Of a DNA stretch of 64,000 nt, positions 27,973 through 37,594 are shown in pieces. Under the pieces are notes generated by a model that was given only the letters and a program-made list of their open reading frames with translations, ran no database searches and had not been told where the DNA came from. Numbering within the stretch: the stretch's first letter is position 1; each line of letters opens with the position of its first letter. The stretch comes from Candidatus Yanofskybacteria bacterium (GTDB lineage: Bacteria; Patescibacteriota; Minisyncoccia; 2-02-FULL-40-12; GWA2-44-9): assembly GCA_003514055.1 (NCBI GenBank), contig DOSG01000001.1, positions 24,571 to 88,570 of the forward strand, written 5' to 3'. The position numbers were made by a program, and so were the translations under genes.

Positions 27973-30885
27973 ATGCCAACACCACTTAACATTGGGACAC
28001 GCGATGTCCCTCTCCGCCTTGCCAAAGTACTGACGGAAAAAGTTAATGAAGCATGGGCGAGCGGAGAAATATTATCCAAAGTTACACCAGTAACAAGAGA
28101 GTTACTGACTTTTTGGTTTAGTGAGTCTCATGTTGAAACTAGAAATATAAATTTTCACCAAGGGCAACGGCAAGCCATACTAAATACGATCTATCTGCAC
28201 GAGATTGTGGGTGTTAAAGCAGTCAAAGATATCTATGAAAATATAGAGTTTGAGCTTCTCTCGGAGCTCGATATGACTGAATTCAAGAAGCCAAAGTATG
28301 AAATTCCAAAATATGGAATAAAAATGGCCACGGGTACTGGGAAAACGTTAGTTATGAACGCTCTTTTGATTTGGCAATATTTGAATGCAAAATATGAAGA
28401 ACAGCCATCGGGGAGATATTCTAAAAATTTCTTGCTGGTCGCACCTGGGCTTATTGTGTATGAGCGACTTCTTGACGCATACCTTGGTAAAGAAGACGAG
28501 AACGGGGAGCGAGCATTTGAGACTTCTGATATATACAACTTTCGAGACTTATTCGCACCACTAAGTTTCCGTGAAGATATTTTTGGATTCATCCAAAATA
28601 ATGTGGCTCGCAAGCAAGAAATTGGTAGCAAGGTTACTGGGGCCGGTATCATTGCAATTGCCAACTGGCATCTGTTTATGGAAGAAGAGGAGCATGAAGA
28701 AAGTAGCACGCCACTAGATGATGTAAGTGGCATCATAAAGGATGTTTTTCCAATAAGACCTGGTGTGTCTGGAGGTAACTCTATAGATTCTTTGGATGCT
28801 CAGTATTTAAGCGGTAGAGAAATTGAATATCTTGCAAGTTTGCCGGATCTGGTTGCGTTTAATGATGAAGCTCATCACATCCACGAAAATAAATCATATG
28901 GAGAGGTAAAGGAAGTTGAATGGCAGAAGAGTCTTAATTCTATAGCAAAAAATAAGGGCTCCAAATTTATCCAAGTGGATTTTTCTGCTACCCCGTATGA
29001 TGTAACTGGTAGCGGACAAAATCGAGTTAAGCATTATTTCCCACATATAATTGTGGATTTTGACTTGAAAACAGCGATACGTTCCGGTCTCGTTAAGACG
29101 ATAGCTATTGATAAGAGAAAAGAGCTCACGGATTTGCCGTTGGAATTTAACGCCATAAGAGAAAACGGAGAAGTTATTGGATTGTCTGACGGTCAGAAAA
29201 TGATGTTGCGAGCAGGACTAAGTAAGTTGCGTATTCTAGAAAAGAGCTTTGTGGATTTTACGGCTGATAAGAATGGGGTTTCTAATAAACACCCCAAGAT
29301 GCTTGTTATGAGTGAGGATACGTCAGTTACTCCATTCATTGAGGATTTTTTGAGAAGTGAAGGTCTTAGTGAGGAAGATGTGATGCGAGTTGATTCTAAT
29401 AGAAAAGGCGAAGTATCAGAAGAGGAATGGTTTGAAATTAAACAACGCTTATTTAATATAGATAAACACTCGAGACCTAAAGTTATTGTCTCGGTCCTTA
29501 TGTTGCGTGAGGGATTTGATGTAAATAATATTTGCGTAATTGTACCTCTACGTTCTTCATCCGCACCTATTTTGCTTGAACAAACTATTGGTAGAGGTTT
29601 GCGTATTATGTGGCGTGAACCAGAGTTTGAGGAAATAAAATCAGAGAACAGGAGAAGACTTCTTGTCGAGAAAAAAGAACCAAATAGCTATATTGACCTA
29701 CTCACCATTATTGAGCATCCAGCCTTTATCCAATTTTATGACGAATTACTCAAGGAAGGTCTTCTTGGTGAGTTGGAGCATGATCCCAAAGGAGGACAAG
29801 TCCTCGGCGATATTATCAGAGTTGGCCTTAAATCAAACTACAAAGACTACGATTTGTCTTGGCCGGTGATTATTAAGGATGCCGACGAAGAACTAGTTGA
29901 GTCTGAAATTGATATAAATAAATTAGAAAAGTTTACTGCCTACGAAACAAAAGACTTAAAGAAGTTTTTCAGTAAAGATGGGGAGCAATTTATTTCCGAG
30001 GAGATGACCGTCAAAACTCGTTTTGGTGAGTATGTGGTTGATGCCAATCTTTTTAAATCACAGAGCTATAATGAATATCTTCAGAAAATAGTCGATTGCG
30101 TAGTGAATAGAATGGCAAGAATAAGCCAGAGAAAAAATAAGGTGTTTCCGGCGATGCAGATTAATAACGTCCTTATCGCCAAAACAATAGACAGGTATAT
30201 AAGAGAAAGACTTTTCGGTGAGCCATTTGACCCATTCGTTGATAATAATTGGAAAATACTGCTTCTAAAAAATGGTCTCATCACTAACCATATCGTAAAA
30301 GAAATTGGCAAAGCAATTTTTGAGATGCAACAGTCTGTCCAGCCAACTGAGGCAAAAGTGAACCATAATTATTTCTCAGGAATTAGTGAGTTGAGAATGC
30401 GCGAAAACTTTTCGCTACCAATTGTAAAAACTATCTATGAGCGTCTGCCATATCCATCAAATCGTGGCGGTTTTGAGAAAGATTTTATGGAGTATATCGA
30501 TGGAGATACTGCCGTTGAAAGCATTATGAAGGTCAATGAATACTATCACTCATTTGCAACAGTTCTATATATACGAACTGATGGTCTCATGGCAACGTAT
30601 TCTCCGGATTTTATAGTTAAAACTAAGGACAAGCTATACGTGATTGAAACTAAGGCCGAGAAAGATATTAATGATGAAAATGTTAAACAAAAACAGCTGG
30701 CTACTCTTGATTGGATAAAACGTATTAATTCTCTAGACGCAAAAGATAGGTCAGAACGCGAATGGGCGTACATTCTTTTGGGGGAAAATCACTTCTATAG
30801 CCTAAAGCAAAATAGTGCCTCCATCGAAGAGATCTGTGAGCTTGCTAGGGTTAAGGAGAATAAGGTTAGAGGAACCTTATTATAG
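27973..30885 (+). CDS. res: Type III restriction enzyme Res (SF2 helicase + PD-(D/E)xK endonuclease)
   Basis: ATGTGKT motif I, DEAHH motif II, C-terminal PDFIV...VIETKAEKD. Confidence 0.85.
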   Translation: MPTPLNIGTRDVPLRLAKVLTEKVNEAWASGEILSKVTPVTRELLTFWFSESHVETRNINFHQGQRQAILNTIYLHEIVGVKAVKDIYENIEFELLSELDMTEFKKPKYEIPKYGIKMATGTGKTLVMNALLIWQYLNAKYEEQPSGRYSKNFLLVAPGLIVYERLLDAYLGKEDENGERAFETSDIYNFRDLFAPLSFREDIFGFIQNNVARKQEIGSKVTGAGIIAIANWHLFMEEEEHEESSTPLDDVSGIIKDVFPIRPGVSGGNSIDSLDAQYLSGREIEYLASLPDLVAFNDEAHHIHENKSYGEVKEVEWQKSLNSIAKNKGSKFIQVDFSATPYDVTGSGQNRVKHYFPHIIVDFDLKTAIRSGLVKTIAIDKRKELTDLPLEFNAIRENGEVIGLSDGQKMMLRAGLSKLRILEKSFVDFTADKNGVSNKHPKMLVMSEDTSVTPFIEDFLRSEGLSEEDVMRVDSNRKGEVSEEEWFEIKQRLFNIDKHSRPKVIVSVLMLREGFDVNNICVIVPLRSSSAPILLEQTIGRGLRIMWREPEFEEIKSENRRRLLVEKKEPNSYIDLLTIIEHPAFIQFYDELLKEGLLGELEHDPKGGQVLGDIIRVGLKSNYKDYDLSWPVIIKDADEELVESEIDINKLEKFTAYETKDLKKFFSKDGEQFISEEMTVKTRFGEYVVDANLFKSQSYNEYLQKIVDCVVNRMARISQRKNKVFPAMQINNVLIAKTIDRYIRERLFGEPFDPFVDNNWKILLLKNGLITNHIVKEIGKAIFEMQQSVQPTEAKVNHNYFSGISELRMRENFSLPIVKTIYERLPYPSNRGGFEKDFMEYIDGDTAVESIMKVNEYYHSFATVLYIRTDGLMATYSPDFIVKTKDKLYVIETKAEKDINDENVKQKQLATLDWIKRINSLDAKDRSEREWAYILLGENHFYSLKQNSASIEEICELARVKENKVRGTLL

Positions 30886-30888
30886 CTT

Positions 30889-31431
30889 TTACTTTCGAAG
30901 ATTTAGGTTGATTAATCTAAATCTCATTGCATTTTCACTCACTTGATATTTCTCAGCTAGCTTTTCTAGTTCAACCTCAGTAAAACCATCTTTGGCAATA
31001 TTTATAAAATCTTTAGATAGTAAGCTTTGAGGCATAAGTAGTGCTGCCGCAAACATGTTTGCATGTCTTTCGGTGGGTGTCCTCATTATTTCTTTTTTAT
31101 TGTCTCTATAATCAACAAAAGCATCTTTCCTTGGATGCAAAAAATAGTGCCCCAACTCATGGGCAATAGTGAACCTCTGTCTTACTGGAGCTTCATTACT
31201 ATTTACTCCAATCAAAGCGTGTCCATTTTTTCTGATGAGTAGTCCCGAGAAATCTTTACTTGGTGCACGACTTATCTTTATTCCGTGTCGCGTAGCGATA
31301 TCTTCTACGGGAATTGGTAATGTTTTACTTTCTAAATCGCTCAGTATCTTTTCAACTTCTGACTCAATTTTTTCTAAAATCATAATATTATTTTCAATCT
31401 TTAAAAAGTATTGCTGCCCATTTGGCTGCAT
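30889..31431 (-). CDS. ImmA/IrrE-family zinc metallopeptidase
   Basis: TIAHELGHYFLH (HExxH). Confidence 0.8.
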   Translation of the reverse strand: MQPNGQQYFLKIENNIMILEKIESEVEKILSDLESKTLPIPVEDIATRHGIKISRAPSKDFSGLLIRKNGHALIGVNSNEAPVRQRFTIAHELGHYFLHPRKDAFVDYRDNKKEIMRTPTERHANMFAAALLMPQSLLSKDFINIAKDGFTEVELEKLAEKYQVSENAMRFRLINLNLRK

Positions 31432-31741
31432 TTTTGTCCTCCTGAGCTACTTTATGGAGGTCGACCTTAGTTAATGCAAAACCATCCGGTATAGCAGGAA
31501 AGAAATCTTTTATATCGCAATGAAATAATGTCGCAAGTTTCCATAAAGATACAGCCGATATGTTATTTCTTCCTGTTTCAATATGAGTCACCGCTTCGCG
31601 GGAGATGCCAAGCTTCTTAGCTATTTGTGATGCACTCAAATTCAACTTCTTGCGCATCTCGCGTACTCTCTTGGCAATATCTGCCTTGATTTCAGCGTCT
31701 GTGGCGTCCTTAGGATTAATTATATCTTTTTTCTTTTGCAT
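31394..31741 (-). CDS. XRE-family HTH transcriptional regulator
   Basis: LSASQIAKKLGISREAVTHIETGRNNISAVSLWKLA; overlaps ImmA start. Confidence 0.8.
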   Translation of the reverse strand: MQKKKDIINPKDATDAEIKADIAKRVREMRKKLNLSASQIAKKLGISREAVTHIETGRNNISAVSLWKLATLFHCDIKDFFPAIPDGFALTKVDLHKVAQEDKNAAKWAAILFKD

Positions 31742-31938
31742 CTTTAATAGGCTGATGTTGGTAACTTGTTATAGATTATACCGATTGTTATTAATTGTAC
31801 CCATTATGTTATCTCAGGTAACATCTGGTACATCTAATTCCCTTGATATGGTATCAACTCTAGGTGTAGAATTCAAGTATACAAACTAATCAGCCCCGAT
31901 GCCAAGCCGCAATGCGTGCAAAGCACAGGACTAAAGCC

Positions 31939-32211
31939 ATGAGCGAAGACAAAAAACACGACGGGGGCGACAATAAGGACACAATCATTATTGTAAACGC
32001 CAGGGAGAAGGTCTGGAATAAGAAGGAGATATCGTACGAGGAGGTCATCGTACTAGCCTTCGGTTCGTATTCCAATGACGAGAATGTTGTTTATACTGTG
32101 ACATTCTCAAAGGGCGAAAATCCTCATCACGAAGGGTCGATGGTAAGGGGGGACGTTGTTAAAGTTAAGAAAGGTATGATATTCAATGTCACACAGACTA
32201 ATAAATCGTAA
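31939..32211 (+). CDS. small beta-grasp (ubiquitin/ThiS-like, multiubiquitin-type) protein, candidate Ubl
   Basis: TIIIVNAREK...ISYEEVIVLAF...GDVVKVKKGMIFNVTQT pattern; overlaps start of E1 gene; start at 2nd ATG with AGGA RBS. Confidence 0.45.
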   Translation: MSEDKKHDGGDNKDTIIIVNAREKVWNKKEISYEEVIVLAFGSYSNDENVVYTVTFSKGENPHHEGSMVRGDVVKVKKGMIFNVTQTNKS

Positions 32212-33367
32212 TTCTGACCTATTAAGGCTCAGAAGTGAAGGGTATGATATCGAGGTAAAGAACGGGCATCTTTTGGCTCATCATATTCCATATGTCAATT
32301 CGAAAAAGGAGATCGCTTTCGGGGTTCTTGTCACCCCGCTTGGCGATCTAGCTGGGGATAAAACGACCAAGCCACAAGATCACGTGATCCATTTTCATGG
32401 CGAACATCCTTGTGATAAAGAAGGACTGGTTATAAAAGGGATCCAACATTCGAGCGAAAAGAAAACTCTGGTAGAAGGAGTCGAAGTTGACCACTCTTTC
32501 TCTAATAAGCCGACCGATGGCTATCCAGATTACTATGAAAAAATAGCCACCTACGCAAAAATAATTTCTGCACCCGCTGAATCAATTGATCACTCCGTTA
32601 CGGCCAAGGTATTTAGGCCGGTGAGGACAGATAATGATCCGGATGAGGTTTTTAATTATTTGGATTCAAATTCAAGTAGGGCAGAAATTCAGAACATCAC
32701 TTCTAAACTTCAGAACCTTAAGATAGCCATCATCGGTTTAGGGGGTACGGGTTCATATGTATTGGATTTTGTCTCTAAGACGCCAGTTAAGGAAATCCAT
32801 ATTTTTGATCAAGACGGCTTCCTCTCTCACAATGCTTTTCGCGCTCCCGGAGCGCCTGCGATCGAAACGTTAGAATTGCAACCAAAGAAAGTGGCTTATC
32901 TGCATGGCGTTTACTCAAAGATGCATAAATATATTACGCCTCATGAGTACCACCTTACCGCCGAAGTTTCTGAAGAATTATCGGGAATGGATTTTGTTTT
33001 TATATGCGTAGACAAGGGGGAAAGTAAAAAGTTAATCGTCGATAAGTTAGAAGAAAAGAAGATTCCCTTCATAGACGTTGGGGTTGGTATTGAAGCTGTC
33101 GGTGGCAAGTTAACTGGAAGTGTTCGGACTACCGCAGTTACGGAAGGCAAAAACGACCATATTGATAAAAGAATTTCTTTTGCCGATAATGGAAGTGAAG
33201 ACTATCATAATAATATCCAAATAGCAGAGTTGAACGCACTTAATGCCGCTTTTGCTGTTATAAAATGGAAAAAGATTTTTGGTGTCTATCATGATTTTGG
33301 GAATGAGCACGATTCCGTCTATAGCATCAATGTTAACCAGCTAATCAACAATGACGTTATCTCATAA
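32186..33367 (+). CDS. E1-like (ThiF/MoeB) adenylyltransferase with ~175-aa N-terminal extension (candidate E2-like domain; Cap2/BubCD-like)
   Basis: IAIIGLGGTGSYV Rossmann, IFDQDGFLSHNAFR, FVFICVDKGES; N-terminal HFHGEHPC candidate catalytic-Cys motif. Confidence 0.65.
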   Translation: MSHRLINRNSDLLRLRSEGYDIEVKNGHLLAHHIPYVNSKKEIAFGVLVTPLGDLAGDKTTKPQDHVIHFHGEHPCDKEGLVIKGIQHSSEKKTLVEGVEVDHSFSNKPTDGYPDYYEKIATYAKIISAPAESIDHSVTAKVFRPVRTDNDPDEVFNYLDSNSSRAEIQNITSKLQNLKIAIIGLGGTGSYVLDFVSKTPVKEIHIFDQDGFLSHNAFRAPGAPAIETLELQPKKVAYLHGVYSKMHKYITPHEYHLTAEVSEELSGMDFVFICVDKGESKKLIVDKLEEKKIPFIDVGVGIEAVGGKLTGSVRTTAVTEGKNDHIDKRISFADNGSEDYHNNIQIAELNALNAAFAVIKWKKIFGVYHDFGNEHDSVYSINVNQLINNDVIS

Positions 33368-33731
33368 ATTTGTACAAAATATACCGGAACATTTAGATGA
33401 TGGGGTAATTTATGTTTCTATAGAGTACGCCACGGCCATCCACAAATGTTGTTGTGGATGTGGCAATGAAGTTGTCACCCCTTTTTCCCCAACTGATTGG
33501 GAATTGATATTTAACGGTGAGGCAATCTCCCTATATCCATCGATTGGGAATTGGAATTTTAAATGCCAGTCGCACTATTGGATCACCAATGACGCTGTTG
33601 AGTGGGCACCTAAGTGGTCTAAACGCCAGATTGAAGAAGGTAATAAAAGAGACCAGAAAGTTAAGGGTGCATATTATAGAAAAGATAAAGGACGTAAATC
33701 ATTACTTGATTTTCTGAAGATTAGATTCTAG
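33351..33731 (+). CDS. small Cys-rich (CCCGCG...C..H) protein, operon partner of E1
   Basis: 126 aa, overlaps E1 stop; HKCCCGCGNE and FKCQSHYW potential metal ligands. Confidence 0.45.
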   Translation: MTLSHKFVQNIPEHLDDGVIYVSIEYATAIHKCCCGCGNEVVTPFSPTDWELIFNGEAISLYPSIGNWNFKCQSHYWITNDAVEWAPKWSKRQIEEGNKRDQKVKGAYYRKDKGRKSLLDFLKIRF

Positions 33732-33987
33732 TTTAGATCTAGTTTTTTGCCAGCACTCAATAGGACGTTCTTAAGTCCTTTTTATACTGTCGCATTTGTC
33801 TCATTTACCCCGACCAAGGAGCTTCGTTTAGTCGCTGGCTAAAGCTCTCAAAAACCTTTAGAATACCCCTAACAGCCTCGTACTAGACATACGAGTCCAG
33901 CAAGCGAACGTAGGTGAGCGCAGTGCCCAGCGCCAGTAGGCGGTAGGTATTAAATTTAGATAGGTTATTTCACTCGAGACATAAATT

Positions 33988-34542
33988 ATGAGCTTAGAAA
34001 ATCCCAATTCTGATAGAGAGGAGCTAATTAGGGCAGTTTTAGAATATGGAAATCGATTAATTGAATCGTCTATGGAGATGATATCCGTGTTGCCGTTCGA
34101 GATTAAAGGAGAAAAATTTACTTTGGTATATGGAATATTCCCAAGAGAGTCTGGTAATGTGTGGGTAAGAGTTGGGTTGTTTAATGATTATCAAGGCGCT
34201 AAATTAGAAAATGGAAGCAGTTTTAACGTAGGAGAGATTTCAATGACACGGTTAATGTTTAATCTTGAATCCAGTAGCGTGCATGGAGAATTCGGTACAG
34301 ATGAGAAATATGAAGGTAGGGGATTTGGCAGCGCTCTCTTGTACTTAAGAGACGGTATCATTAAAGACATTATAAAAAAATATAAAGATAAGTTTTCATC
34401 AAGTTTATTAAGAAGTGAAATCGCAGATAATTCTCGGGCACAAAGCGAGAATAGGCAACATGATGGGCTAACAACTTTTCTCGCCAAAAAAATGGGATAT
34501 ACAAAGGAAGGCGAAAAACTAGTTAAAGATTATATTATTTAG
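33988..34542 (+). CDS. hypothetical protein
   Basis: 184-aa ORF preceded by conserved noncoding element X2. Confidence 0.45.
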   Translation: MSLENPNSDREELIRAVLEYGNRLIESSMEMISVLPFEIKGEKFTLVYGIFPRESGNVWVRVGLFNDYQGAKLENGSSFNVGEISMTRLMFNLESSSVHGEFGTDEKYEGRGFGSALLYLRDGIIKDIIKKYKDKFSSSLLRSEIADNSRAQSENRQHDGLTTFLAKKMGYTKEGEKLVKDYII

Positions 34543-34576
34543 CCTGCTCGAGACGGTCAGTAAATATTTTACTATT

Positions 34577-35194
34577 ATGGCAGCACCGATAACCCACATA
34601 GTTTTAGCCAATAAAGTTTTTTCTAAAGAATTTCCACTTTTTTCTAGGGAAAAATTTTTTGTTGGGACTAGTTTCCCGGATATAAGGTATCTTGGAGTAA
34701 TTGAAAGAAGTAAGACGCATTTTACAAGCCCCCTGTTGGCAGATATTAAGAAAGAGAACGATGCCCAGGCAGGTATGATGTTTCATTCATTCGTAGATGG
34801 AGTCAGGGAAAAAGTTTTGAAGGAAGCTGGGATATACAAGATGATTCCGAAGAATGGGATTAGTATCCAAACACTCAAGCTGTTGGAGGATGAGGTCTTG
34901 TACAATAAAATAGAAGACTGGAAAGTCATTGCTTCTTATTTTGATTCCATACTGGCAGAGGAGCTAGCCTATCCAATAGGCGAAGATTCTATAAAAAGAT
35001 GGCACAATGCACTGCAACATTATTTCGTGGAAGGCCCTAATGCGGGGAGTAGAAAAGTTCTATTTACGGAAATGAATTTTAGCGACGAGAATACTTTTGA
35101 GACAGAAGAAATTTTAGCAGAGATGAGGCAAAATGATAAAATCATAGATATGATAAATGATTTCTATAATAAGTTTGGAGAAAAGATAAACTAG
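34577..35194 (+). CDS. hypothetical protein
   Basis: 205-aa ORF. Confidence 0.45.
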   Translation: MAAPITHIVLANKVFSKEFPLFSREKFFVGTSFPDIRYLGVIERSKTHFTSPLLADIKKENDAQAGMMFHSFVDGVREKVLKEAGIYKMIPKNGISIQTLKLLEDEVLYNKIEDWKVIASYFDSILAEELAYPIGEDSIKRWHNALQHYFVEGPNAGSRKVLFTEMNFSDENTFETEEILAEMRQNDKIIDMINDFYNKFGEKIN

Positions 35195-35215
35195 CCTGCC
35201 CGAGAAGAGCTGCCT

Positions 35216-35692
35216 ATGATCATAAGAATTGCTCAAGAAAAAGATTTGGGAGATATCAAAGAAATCTATTCTTTATATTACGATGATCAGAAAGATCTCG
35301 AGCACTTTTTAAATCGAGTAAGAGAAGCTATCAATCGATCAGATATCGCCCAACAGTGGGACTTTCATTATTTGGTAGCAGAAATTGATAATAGAGTTCT
35401 TGGATTGATTGGTTTTTGTAAGCCACTTAAAAAGTTGCTATCATTTACCAAGACATCAAGGCCAGTCGAACTGTACAGTCTTTTTGTAAAAGAGAAATTT
35501 AAAGGAATCGGGCGCCCGCTCCTTGAAGAAATGACCAAACAAGTTAAGGAAGCTGGATATACAGAGATAGTTGTATACAGCGACGAAAAATGGAGTGATA
35601 GTTGGGGGTTTTACGATAAGCTCGGCTTCGCAAGAGTTGGCAAGCTCGATGTTAGCGGAAACGGTCAAGTTTGGACAATAGCTTTAAATTAG
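35216..35692 (+). CDS. GNAT-family N-acetyltransferase
   Basis: FKGIGRPLLEEM...GY acetyl-CoA-binding motif. Confidence 0.7.
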   Translation: MIIRIAQEKDLGDIKEIYSLYYDDQKDLEHFLNRVREAINRSDIAQQWDFHYLVAEIDNRVLGLIGFCKPLKKLLSFTKTSRPVELYSLFVKEKFKGIGRPLLEEMTKQVKEAGYTEIVVYSDEKWSDSWGFYDKLGFARVGKLDVSGNGQVWTIALN

Positions 35693-35815
35693 ACAGAAGT
35701 AGCGGTGCCCGAGATGCATTGTTTGTGATAAGACTTGAATAGCTAAAATAACCTTGTTGGGCTTGACCCGTTAGGGGTTCGAGCTCGACTTGGCCAGCAA
35801 AAAAATTTTTAAAGC

Positions 35816-36346
35816 ATGAAATATTTTGTCGGATACATCATTGAAGGAGAAGCAGTAGATTACTATAAGACTTTAGGCGAGGATTTATCAAAGCGTTTTG
35901 GCGTGAAAAATATATCACTAACCAAGCCTTTACATATGACTTTTAAGGCTCCTTTTGAATCAGATGATATCAAGCCTTTCGATAAGCGATTAAGGGAATT
36001 AGCACAAAGAGAGGCTATACCGTTCGTATTAAATAAATTTGGACGTTTCGGAGACTATGACTTAACAATATATTTAGCTCCAGCCGGGAATGAGATCCTT
36101 CAAAAAAACGTAGACGAGATCGCGAATGCTATTTATGAATTTGGAGATAAAAGATTACCAACCCATCTTCCGATTCGTCTCCACGCGTCCATCGCGCGCT
36201 ATCTTAGCCCGGAATTGGCAAAAAAAGTTTGGGAATATCTTGAGACACTTCCCGCTCCTCATTTTGAATTAAGTTTTAATAATATAGCCCTATTTATACA
36301 TAGCGAAGACCGCTGGAGCGTGGAATCTAGGTATCCCTTTAAATAG
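35816..36346 (+). CDS. 2H phosphoesterase (LigT / 2'-5' RNA ligase-like)
   Basis: two H-x-[TS]-x motifs: PLHMTFKA and LHASIA. Confidence 0.65.
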   Translation: MKYFVGYIIEGEAVDYYKTLGEDLSKRFGVKNISLTKPLHMTFKAPFESDDIKPFDKRLRELAQREAIPFVLNKFGRFGDYDLTIYLAPAGNEILQKNVDEIANAIYEFGDKRLPTHLPIRLHASIARYLSPELAKKVWEYLETLPAPHFELSFNNIALFIHSEDRWSVESRYPFK

Positions 36347-36429
36347 ACCAGTCCGGCGACATCGACAATAGGGCGCTCGCTCGGCGGGCCCTTATTGTTC
36401 TTGTGGAGAAATGCCAGTATCGTTCCAAC

Positions 36430-36451
36430 TTCGAATCCAGGCCCCACAGCA
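36430..36451 (+). other. degenerate copy of tRNA-Gln 3' end (T-loop + acceptor), possible att remnant
   Basis: TTCGAATCCAGGCCCCACAGCA vs tRNA-Gln 2906-2928 TTCGAATCCAGGTCCCGCAGCCA (19/23). Confidence 0.4.
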
Positions 36452-36674
36452 CTATGATTGACCTAGTCAGCGTATTATAGTATAATCTTGGAATCATGAA
36501 TATTGCCCAGAATAACAATACGTTGAATACGGTTGCCACTTATAAGAAAAGCGTCTTTTCGGCTTATTTGACCAAGATTTTTTTGAAGTAATATTATTTG
36601 CAAAAGCGCCTTGGCCAGATTGGCCGAGGCGCTTTTTTTGTTGCCAACTGGAGAACTTTAACAAGGAGGTAGTC

Positions 36675-37496
36675 ATGATCAGGAGAAAAGAAGTTACGCT
36701 AGAGAGTCGAATCAATGATCATTGTTCTGCGGGCGAATATGAGAACGCCCTAACTCTAGGTGCTAATGACCCATTCTATCTGTCTCGTATTATTATCAAT
36801 GCATTCAAGGACGCCAATATTGGTCAAGACATGATCGATCGTCTGCTGGGTATGTATATCGAAATGATGCAAGATCGTGATTCTTGGGCCTTGGAAAACC
36901 GTTTTCGGTACTGTCTGATATGGTTTGATCATTTTTCTTACTATCTATGGCAAAGAAGGATGATGGAATGGTTGAGGAGATTCTATAGAATAATCGTCTT
37001 ATCTGGCCTAGAGAAAGATGAGTCTACGGTAAGAGAGGTTCGGCATTTAATATATAGATTTGTCGAATCAGCAAGGTGGGATGATAATCCTAGAGAATTC
37101 GGGCTATTGCCTGGCATATTGAATGGTCTAAGAAAGGACTACAGAGGTGATGATTATATAATTCCTCGGCTAACAAGGACGTTCAGCTCCGAAGAAGAGT
37201 TTCTCTTTTGGAAGTTGGGTCGAGTATCGGCTATCAGCGACTTTGATTCCGATGTCCAAGAAGAAGGACTGGTCAGCCTGAATATGGTGTCGAATATTTT
37301 CGACAGAATTAGGCAGGTCGGTGGGAACATGAATCGTGCCAGAGATATAGTAGAGGCGATTATTAAATCACAGCTGAATGGATGGACAATAGTAGCTGGT
37401 CGAGCTAGGAACCAAAAGGGCGCCATGCAGGCGCTGAGAGTATCGATGGCTATGGCGAGGAAACTAGAGGAGTATAGGTCTCGATTCAGAGAATAG
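36675..37496 (+). CDS. hypothetical protein
   Basis: 273-aa ORF; terminator follows. Confidence 0.5.
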   Translation: MIRRKEVTLESRINDHCSAGEYENALTLGANDPFYLSRIIINAFKDANIGQDMIDRLLGMYIEMMQDRDSWALENRFRYCLIWFDHFSYYLWQRRMMEWLRRFYRIIVLSGLEKDESTVREVRHLIYRFVESARWDDNPREFGLLPGILNGLRKDYRGDDYIIPRLTRTFSSEEEFLFWKLGRVSAISDFDSDVQEEGLVSLNMVSNIFDRIRQVGGNMNRARDIVEAIIKSQLNGWTIVAGRARNQKGAMQALRVSMAMARKLEEYRSRFRE

Positions 37497-37510
37497 GCAA
37501 AGACAGTATG

Positions 37511-37535
37511 GCCCCGCTTTAGCGGGGCTTTTCTT
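37511..37535 (+). terminator. rho-independent terminator
   Basis: GCCCCGC-ttta-GCGGGGC + TTTTCTT. Confidence 0.6.
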
Positions 37536-37572
37536 GTAAATAAAAAACGGGCGGCCTGGTGGCCGCCCGTTG
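37536..37572 (-). terminator. repeat-family-A terminator (minus strand) after small paralog 1
   Basis: ACGGGCGGCC-tggt-GGCCGCCCGT with T-run on minus; identical copy at 38439-38464. Confidence 0.65.
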
Positions 37573-37594
37573 GTGTACCTGATGCTGGGGCTGA

